This document shows positions 54,797 through 64,000 of a stretch of 64,000 bases of DNA, one piece after another. The notes beneath the pieces were generated by a model. The model was not told the DNA's origin. It searched no databases and saw only the letters and a list, made by a program, of their open reading frames with translations. The DNA is from Octopus sinensis. Taxonomy: Eukaryota. Where the stretch lies: positions 57,164,001 to 57,228,000 of the forward strand of contig NC_043009.1 in assembly GCF_006345805.1 (NCBI RefSeq), given 5' to 3'. Numbering within the stretch: position 1 is the first letter of the stretch; each line of letters starts with the position of its first letter. A program made the position numbers and the translations under genes.

Positions 54797-55054
54797 ATAG
54801 TGGTTCACTCACTACAGCTGTTTCAGACGTGTTTTTTTATAGATGAATTGAGTTATTACATGATGTGAACAAGAAAAACAAGACCTTTTCATCAGATGAA
54901 TATACGCAGAAATTAGATATTTAAAAAAACAAAACATTCCAACGAATCCTATTCATCTGATGGAAATGTTTTTCTTTTTTCACATGATGTAATAACTCTT
55001 TTCATCAATAAAAAACTTTTTATAAACACGTCTGAACAGTGAGTGAACCACTAT
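54797..55054 (-). repeat. 258-bp hairpin with hammerhead-like GAAAC-AGCT-GTA and a mutated core
   Basis: atagtggttcactca / tgagtgaaccactat arms; long internal stem. Confidence 0.6.
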
Positions 55055-55293
55055 CCATCTGTTATGTTATTTGCTTATTACTTACCTTACTCGGAAACCT
55101 ACAATTAGCGTGGGTCTAGAGTCTATTGAATGCAGTGTGGTGTGCCGCCTGGAGCGGCTCTTCCGTTTGCCGGCCCCAGACCCCACAAAAAACACATACT
55201 GCTTACAGCAGTCCTAAAAAATGGTGCTCCTTTAAAAGTGCTGTCCGAGGCGGACCGCCCCTACTATTGTTTAAAGGGGCACCACTATAATAG

Positions 55294-55353
55294 AAAATAT
55301 AACGAGATGAGTGTAAACCACACCGATTGACTTTGTTTCCTCATAGCTTCTGA

Positions 55354-55394
<41 letters not shown>

Positions 55395-55856
55395 TATATA
55401 TATATATATATGTTTCGAGTTCAGTCCCACTGCATGTCACCTTGGGCAAATGTTTTCTACTATGGATTCGGGCCATGTGAGTGGATTTGGTAGACAGAAA
55501 TTGAAAGAAGTCCGTCGCAAATATGTATGTATGTATGTATGTATGTGTGTGAGAGAGAGAGAGAGAGAGAGTGTGAGTGTGTTAGTCCCCTCCCCAACAT
55601 CGCTTGACAACCGATGCTGGTGTGTTTACGTCGCCATAACTTAGCGGTTCCGCAAAGAGATCGATAGAATAAGTACTAGGCTTACAAAATTCGATTTGTT
55701 CGACTGAAGGCGGTGCTCCAGCATGGCCGTAGTCAAATGACTGAAACAAGAATACAAGAATACACACACACACACACATGTAGCTTTAAATTTTTCAGAA
55801 AGTTATGAGGAAACAAAGCCGGTCGGTGCGGTGTACACTCATGTAGGTATATTTTT
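55294..55856. mobile_element. MITE-like inverted repeats flanking an inserted SINE (family C, about 55415-55750, plus strand)
   Basis: ctttgtttcctcatagcttctgaaaaatt vs aatttttcagaaagttatgaggaaacaaag; SINE ends ggcggtgctccagcatggccgtagtcaaatgactgaaac. Confidence 0.7.
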
Positions 55857-56739
55857 TAAATTATATTTTACTCAGTAAATGAGAATTAAAAAAGAAAAAA
55901 AACTATTAAAAGAACTTTATTTGTTCCACACTACATCTGAAACAACACAATTACATTACCGATGTAATTATCATAGTATTAATCAAAAATATATATAAAA
56001 TAAAATAATAATGAAATTATTGTATACAGTGCTCAGGTGCACCACAACTTGTCATATATATACAGTAACAATATCATAAATCTCGGAATTGTAGGAAAAA
56101 TAGATTGTGCAACATTTAACACTTTCACTGTACAAAAAACCTTCCTGGTTTGCAAGAAGCGAGATTGGGATGGACCTGATCGCCCAACCGTCACTTCCAC
56201 AACTTAAGGTTCGGCCCTAAACACAAAGGACAGTTTTAACTAACAATAACACATTAAAAATATTTTCTCGGAAAGCGCCGTGTTTTTTTACATATACATC
56301 TATATATATATAGTATATATAACACCATAACACAACAGTAAATCGAAGAAACCTGAATACATCCATACGTACACAAGCCCGCTGTCTCAATCTCTCTCTC
56401 TCACACACACACGCGCGCATGCACATACATTAACAGTTATATTTATGTCGTGTATAAAACGCAATTTCACATTAAACTGAGAGATTACCTCATACTTTTT
56501 AGTAGAGTGAATATTTAACTAACTTTTACAAGGAGAGGATTGACAGGCTTCGAGGAAGTTTTAGCCGAAACTACGAAGTCAACCGTGTTAAAGTTTTTTT
56601 TTTATATACAATCTCATCCTCTCTCTTTCTTTCTCCTCTCTCTCTATATATATATATATAACTATTGATTGATCTGAAGCGACTCTGATATAATCATTAT
56701 AAAGTGGTCGAATTTTTTTCTTTTTACAAGAAGAGAGAG

Positions 56740-57064
56740 AGAAACTAACAAAAACTGGTAATAATAATGAGTGGGAGGAGGATCACGATGATGATGATGA
56801 TGATGATGGTGAACAAATAACGCACTTCCTCCTCCGTCGTCGTTGTTTCCGAAACTGAAGCTGTGGATAGAAGAATTGATTCAACCATACGAAAACTGCA
56901 GCAATTGCTAAGGACGCCAGAGCTGACCTCCACGTCACTACCATCACCACCACAAGCACCACCACCGCCACCACCACCATCAGTGACGTTGTTAGTTCAC
57001 CTCTACATCGCTGACACCACTTCTACGCCGACGCTGCTTCTAAAGCTTTGCCGACGACCTTGAG
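56740..57064 (+). other. Candidate 5' (probably non-coding) exon of an unidentified gene
   Basis: Non-TE, relatively CpG-rich, (GAT)n and (CAC)n runs, ends GAG|GTTTGT; no long ATG-initiated frame. Confidence 0.3.
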
Positions 57065-57338
57065 GTTTGTTTGTTTTTTCTTTTCGTCTTCCTCATTGCT
57101 TTATTTGTCTATCCCTCTGATGTACACCGAAAGCCGTTTATTATAATCACGGATAACGCTATGAACCGATTATTGCTATCAAAATTAGTGGGATCCTCAC
57201 TCTATTTCCATAATGTTATTAAGCAGTTAATATCGAAAAGTCTTCGTTCCATACTGATCACAGTAAGCGGCTTCCACTCTCTCTGTATAATATACATATC
57301 TATCTTTCTATCTATCTATCTTTCTATCTATCTTTCTT

Positions 57339-57387
<49 letters not shown>

Positions 57388-58089
57388 GATGTTCCCTCCG
57401 TTGTTGTTTAGTCCCAGGGCATCCCTGACTAAGCAAATATACAATCATCAAAGACCTTACAAGAGTGACCAGGTCATCTTTCTTTTAGGGTATTGTCCTT
57501 TGTGAACAACTAGTATACCTCTACCTTTTCAAGAGAGGTTAGGTTGTAATTTGAGAAAGATTTGGCTGCTATTTCTGCTTCATTCTATCTTTGTCTCTCA
57601 TGAATGCTGGCCGCTGTTCGCCAATCTGCATCGTAGATTAAAGCAGATAGCAAATATATTTACTAGAGAGCCCGTCACTATAAAAATTAATATTGAATCA
57701 CCGAAACCATAATTCTATACTATAAAGTATATATATATATGTATGTATGTATGTATAAAAAACAGTGAAATGTTTTATATACTTTGTCGTTGAAAACAGT
57801 CATTCTTATATTCAATGAATTTCGTAATATATGATGAGACCATAATATTTATTTGGATAGTTCCGTTGTTCCTGTCTTGGCTATTCGCGATCCATCAAGG
57901 GTGCCTGTACATCTCTCGACCGATTACAAATAGTAGCCATATCACACACCACCGTAATTGATATTCTGGTTTTCTTTCGTTTAAATATAGGATGATCACG
58001 ACTGGATTGCCTTTGATCAGTACTGGCCAGCGCATAAACAGCTTTGCTATCCACATTATTGTTTGTCCCTTTCTTCCCCCCCCCCTCTG

Positions 58090-58095
58090 TCTCTA

Positions 58096-58137
<42 letters not shown>

Positions 58138-58230
58138 ACTATCTATCCATCTATGTAACTATCTAACTATCTATCTGTCTGTCTATCTATCTATCTATCC
58201 ACCTATCTATCTATCTATCTATCTATCGAT
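58090..58230. repeat. (ATCT)n microsatellite (also 57297-57387)
   Basis: Direct inspection. Confidence 0.95.
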
Positions 58231-58871
58231 TTGTCCGTCTATCTGTCTATCTTTCGGCCGATTGATCTATTTATTAATCGGTCGATTTCTCCATCTAACT
58301 TTTTATCTGTCTGTCTTTCTTTCGGTTCTGTTCCCCTCTCTCTCTCTCTCCGTTTCTATTTATCTCCATTGTCCATCACAGTTTACATGTCTCCTCTATT
58401 CTGTTGTTATGTCCATTTGTTTCTAATCTGGGTTTTGTTGTTTAGCCCGGGGTCAGTTCTTATAGAACAGTCCTGTGCTACATACATACATACATACACG
58501 TAGGTAGTCGGCCGGTCTATGAGGCAAGACATACGGACCCATCTTCTCAGTTATACCACCATATCTCTGCCAAGCCGAGGACCATGTGCTGACTCCGACA
58601 TGCCTTGAGGAATCGTATGGGACGCAGTGTGACTCTCTGGGACACCATACTACACTCTCTCTATTGTCAAGTTTATTTCTGTACGCTCGTTGAACCCCTG
58701 TTCTGACCACAATGGAAACCGGGCGTAGGGGACTCAGACTATGGCAATTCCTTTGTACTTATTGTTTGTGGTGGGCATCCTACTACAGTGTTTGGCACCA
58801 TTGAAACAATATTGCGGCAATTTCTCTCTGTGTGTGTGGTTGTTTGTCCTGGTTAATTGGGAAAGATTGTG

Positions 58872-59283
58872 CGCAATCTTTCGTCTCTAGTAGACCTTTC
58901 CGTCGATTTCCGTAAAAAAATTTTTTTTTTACATATGGGCTTGCGGGAACTTTTGAAGTAATGAGAGCGAAAGAGACTAAGAGGAAGCGATTGTATGACG
59001 AGGAAAGTTCTTTTTAAGTTACCGTGCATGGAAAGCATTGATGTATATGTGTGTGTGTGTGTGTTTGATGGGGTGTGTGAGACAGAAAGTATGTTGTGTA
59101 AGTGAAGTGTGTGTGAAGAGACAGAGTAATGTGTGAAAGAAAGAAAAAGATAACTAAAATTTTTTACTCGGTGTATGTGTATATGTATGTATATTACTTC
59201 AAAAGTTCCCGCAAGCCCATATGTAAAAAAAAAATTTTTTTACGGAAATCGACGGAAAGGTCTACTAGAGACGAAAGATCGCC
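58872..59283. mobile_element. 412-bp MITE with ~90-bp TIRs, Merlin-like
   Basis: atctttcgtctctagtagacctttccgtcg... / ...cgacggaaaggtctactagagacgaaagatcgcc; 8-bp TSD agattgtg. Confidence 0.85.
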
Positions 59284-60271
59284 AGATTGTGTTTTTAATT
59301 CCGTAGTAAAATACTGAAATCATTCGTATTGTTTACTATTTCATTTTCTGAAATGAAAAAGTTAATGCGTTTCGTATTACTGAGGTTTAGTTTTTTTTCT
59401 CTTTCACTTTCTCATTCCAAATGACCAAATACAGAAATATAATCGGAAAATTAAACATTTGCTTACGGAATGATGACATTTTCATCTTTGAAATTATTAA
59501 AGACAACATATTTAAAATTCTACGGAAACGTTCTACTTTTTTTTTTTTTTTTGTCCCAGAACGTTTTCTCAATAATTTCAATTCAAATGATGGACCAGGT
59601 ACAGAAATATAAATGTATAAATGTAAAAAAAAATAATTGTGATTACATTTTCAGCATTAAAAAATAAAGAACTAACAAACAAACAAACAAAAAACTCCCA
59701 GAAAATTAAAACAGCTTTTCACTTCTTCCGAAAGTAAAAAGTACAAGACTTATTAATGCATTCGTGTGCCGGTTTGCATATCACCTTCGTTATGTTGTTC
59801 AAGTATTCTGTTTTGTGGGTGTTGTATATGTTTTTGTGTGAGTGTGTAGCTCGTTTTCCGTGAAGCGACCGAGAGGTGGAAGATTGTTACGACAGCAAAC
59901 TTTGCCCTCACATGTTCAAGAAGTCTAACATTTTTAGTACTTTTATTGGGCGGAATTCTGGTATAAGCGCACCTTTAAACCCCCTCTTTTACTCTTTTGT
60001 TTCAGTCATTTGACTGTGGCCATGCTGGAACACCGCCTTTAGTCGAGTAAATCGATCCCAGGACTTATTCCTTGTAAGCCTAGTACTTATTCTATCGGGT
60101 CTCTTTTTGCCGACCCGCTAAGTTACAGGGACGTAAACACACCAGCATCTGTTGTCAAGCGATGTTGGGGGAGGGGACAAACACAGACACACAAACATAT
60201 ACACACACATACATACATACATACAGACAGACAGACAGACAGATAGATTGATAGATAGATATAGATATTCA

Positions 60272-61964
60272 GGTTAATATAGGGCGTAACAAATATCAGA
60301 AAATCAAAAAAAAAATGTGTGTAATAGGTGTAAAACAACTTCCTATGAACGAATATGAAAAAAAAAATTCGCGCACGCGAAAGGGGGGTGGGGGAGAGGA
60401 AACTTGCTCTAAACGACTATCATGAAAAAAATGCGCGCTCGCGAAAGGGGGGTGGGAGAGAGGCTTCGGAAATTTCACATCTTCAGTCCACGGCCTTTAA
60501 ACTAAGAAAAAATAGTGTAATTGGTGTAAAACTACTTGTTCTAAACGAGTATCAAGAACACACACTCACACATGAATCATAAACTCCGTATTTCGCAAAA
60601 AAAAAAAAAATAAAGAGAAGAAATTCTGGAAAAAGTGAAGAAATGTTGGATCTCCGCCATGTGAATCAAAATACGTGTCAGAAACATCTTGAAATACTAC
60701 AGAAATTATGTTACGAAAATGATAATGTATACATACCTCTTTGAGTGGTCCATCGACAATGATGATAAAGAAATGAGTTGGATTTGAACTCAGAATATTG
60801 ACTAACACAACTACATACTACAAGACTCAAAATATTCAGCCAAGTCACCACCCTTTAACTAGCAATAATAATAACATCAATAACATAACAGCCAAAAGAT
60901 TTATTTGTTCTGAAAATAACAATCATAGTAAATAAATATGTTCTTTAATATTCACATTCATGTGCACAGTTAAACACACTTACATACAAACAGTCACGCA
61001 TGCATAATACAGAACGGAACACATAAATGAAGGATGCATTACTTAGTATATATTACATCTAGAGAATTTTGATTAATAAGTCAAATATGCAAATTATAAA
61101 GATAATTAATTGCTTTACTAAACAGTGTTGTAAAGGTGAAAAAATAAATTTGGGAAAAAAATACACGCCAAAACTAATTAATAAAGGATAATTAGGGAAG
61201 GATTGACACAAAATAATAATTTTTTCTGTCTCTTTTTTTCTGATAAATGCATCTTAATAAGTGAAAAGAATTGCATATATCTGAACTATTTCAAAGAAAA
61301 GCATAAATTTAATGTTTAAAATAGCTTTAACCAAGGAATGAGCTCCAACATTTCTTCACTTTTTCCAGAATTTCTTCTCTTTATTTTTTTTTTTTTTGCG
61401 AAATACGGAGTTTATGATTCATGTGTGAGTGTGTGTTCTTGATACTCGTTTAGAACAAGTAGTTTACACCAATTACACTATTTTTTCTTAGTTTAAAGGC
61501 CGTGGACTGAAGATGTGAAATTTCCGAAGCCTCTCCCCCACCCCCCTTTCGCGAGCGCGCATTTTTTTCATGATAGTCGTTTAGAGCAAGTTGTTTTACA
61601 CCTATTACGCTGTTTTTGTTTTTGTTTTTGTGCCCGGTTCAGACGCTTTCGGAAATTCCCGATATAAATATTCCGAGGCCTCTCCCCCACCCCTCTTTCG
61701 CGAGAGCGCATTTTTTTTTTGTCATATTCGTTTAGAGCAAGTTGTTTTACACATATTACACTATTTTTTTTTTGTTTTGGTGCCCGGGTCAGCTCCTCAG
61801 ACGCTTTCGGAACTTCCCGATGTGAATTTTCCGAGGCCTCTCCCCCACCCCCCTTTCGCGTGCGCGAATTTTTTTTTTCATATTCGTTCATAGGAAGTTG
61901 TTTTACACCTATTACACACATTTTTTTTTTGATTTTCTGATATTTGTTACGCCCTATATTAACC
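60272..61964. mobile_element. 1.7-kb non-autonomous foldback element with modular long TIRs
   Basis: gatattca|ggttaatataggg...ccctatattaacc|gatattca; arms 60272-60650 and 61345-61964; splits a family C SINE (59990-60190 and 61973-62062). Confidence 0.9.
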
Positions 61965-62474
61965 GATATTCATATATACGACGGGCTTCTTTCAGTTTCC
62001 GTCTACCAAATCCACTCACAAGGCTTTGGTCGGCCCGAAGCTATAGTAGAAGACACTTGCCCCAACTTTTTTTTGGGGGGGGGGGTGTTAAATTTTCAAA
62101 ACATTTTTGCGAGTTTGTATTTTACACGGAATTTATACGATTATGTAAAAAAAAAAATGTTTAAGTGTTTGATTTAAGGGTGATTTAGCTGTTGTTTTTA
62201 GAACATCCCATGACCACCTGGTATGACCGGTTACGCGGTGTGCTTCAATCCAGGATCCACAACAGGTCGAGTGTATGCACGAATATTTTAAACTTTTTGA
62301 ATTTGGATTCCGAAGGATTTCAAAAATTATTCTAAAATTATAAACAGAAACAAGCGACAGATTCGGACTGTCCGTATTTTAAACTCTAATTTAAATACTT
62401 CGGAAAAGAGTGAAAATTTTAGAATTTATGAGGGAGAGGAATTAAAAATCAAAACTAAGAATTCATTATTATTA

Positions 62475-62509
<35 letters not shown>

Positions 62510-62564
62510 GGGTTGCTTAAACCAGAATTTTACCTTTTGCTGTGCTGCTGTTTTGTAAACAACC

Positions 62565-63135
62565 TCTGACTGGCTCCCGTGCTGGTGGCACATAAAAAGC
62601 ACCATGTGAACGTGGCCGATGCAAGCGCTGCCTGAATGGCTCCTGTGCCGGTGGCACGTAAAAAGCACCCACAACACTCTCAGAGTGGTTGGCGTTAGGA
62701 AGGGCATCCAGCTGTAGAAACACTGCCAGATCAGACTGGAGCCTGGTGCAGCCCCTGGCTCTTCAGACCTCAGTCAAACCGTCCAACCCATGCCGGCATC
62801 GAAAACGGACGTATATGTGACGGGGCTTCTTTCAGTTTCCATCTATCAAATCCACTCACAAGGCTCTGGTCGGTTCAAGGCTATAGTAGAAGACCCTTGT
62901 CCAAGGTGCCATGCAGTGGGACTGAACCCAGAACCATGTGGTTGGGAAGCAAACTTCTTACCACACAGCCACGCCTATCTTTACGTTCTGAGTTCAAATT
63001 TCGCCGTAGTCGACTTTGCTTTTCATCCTTTTGGGGTCAATAAAATGAGTAACAGTTGAGTACTGGGGGTTGATGTAATCGACTATCACCCCCCACCACC
63101 ACCACCACAAATTTCAGGCCTTGTGCCTATAATAG
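62565..63135. mobile_element. RTE tail, reverse family C SINE head, and family A SINE fragment
   Basis: Matches to copies elsewhere in the window. Confidence 0.75.
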
Positions 63136-64000
63136 AAAGGATATTAAATGTTAAACTATTTTCTTAATCAATTAAAATTTGCCAAGTGATAAATGTTCAT
63201 ACACATACACACATATATACACGCACACATGCGAACACACTCACTCTCTCTCACACACACACACACACTGGGGCATATATACGTGGAATTTTGTCAGTGA
63301 AGAGGTCGCGGTCTCAAAGCGACGAAAATATTTTGGCAAATTAAATTTAAATGTTGAAATGAATCTAATGGTTTTTGTGTGTTTCTTAAATGGCTTACAA
63401 ACACCTTCCACGCTGCAATTGTTTTCGTTCCAGCACACGATCTCAGATCAGGTCACTTGCTATGCAAGTACATCTCCGTAAATATTTTCTTAATTCTGTA
63501 TGAAAATGTTTTTTTTTTTTTTTTTTTTTACCAAAATGACCAGCAACTGTTTTCATGTCTGTCCAGTTGAATGAATGTCATCTGCTCGTTTCATTTTAAA
63601 CACTGTTCTTATTCTTTTATACTTTTCCTTTTATTAAACTATTTCCCTTGTGTATTGCAATAAATAAGTGAATACGAGTAAGAAGATAAACAAAAACAAA
63701 AAAAAGCAAGTGTTACAATAAACATTCTCTTCCCTCTGCTCAGTACAATAAGCATTCTATTCACTACAATCGTCCTGTTGTTTGACGCTATCATAAAGTG
63801 TATTGAATATATGCCTTAGTGTGTATGTGTGTGAGTGAGTGTGTTTGCACGCATGCGTGTACGTATGTGTGTACGTGTATGAACATTTATCCCTACAATA
63901 AATACAGTATTTCAGTTTGTTTGATTTAAAAAAACTCAAAACTTTGTGGCTGTGTGCTAAGTAGCTTGCTTACCAACCACATGGATCCGAGTTCAGTCCC

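Noticed and set aside
58500-58800. Gypsy integrase fragment (MRQDIRTH...)
   Set aside because: Too degenerate to support without a profile search

Overview
AT-rich, repeat-dense eukaryotic DNA whose SINE/RTE repertoire looks like an Octopus (coleoid cephalopod) genome; the taxon is inferred, not proven. The only host gene I can firmly support is SUGT1/SGT1 (Hsp90 co-chaperone): six coding exons on the minus strand (ATG at 17533 down to 354) splice with canonical GT-AG sites into a 120-aa TPR-domain N-terminus that continues beyond the window start. Its promoter has a heat-shock element and a palindromic X-box. Upstream (21.4-44.1 kb) lies a four-copy, 5.3-5.7 kb tandem duplication. Each copy holds a CRISPR-looking minisatellite (about 100 bp constant part built from a SINE 3' tail, plus variable-length (ATAC)n), a complementary (TATG)n block, a 720-bp palindromic MITE, and a Penelope GIY-YIG remnant split by a related 290-bp MITE. 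The rest is decayed transposons (mariner, Tc1, Tigger, hAT, piggyBac-like, Merlin-like foldbacks, RTE, CR1, R4/Dong, CRE, SINEs) and microsatellites. An apparently intact type I hammerhead ribozyme lies at 54262-54372, with a degenerate antisense one at 54797-55054.
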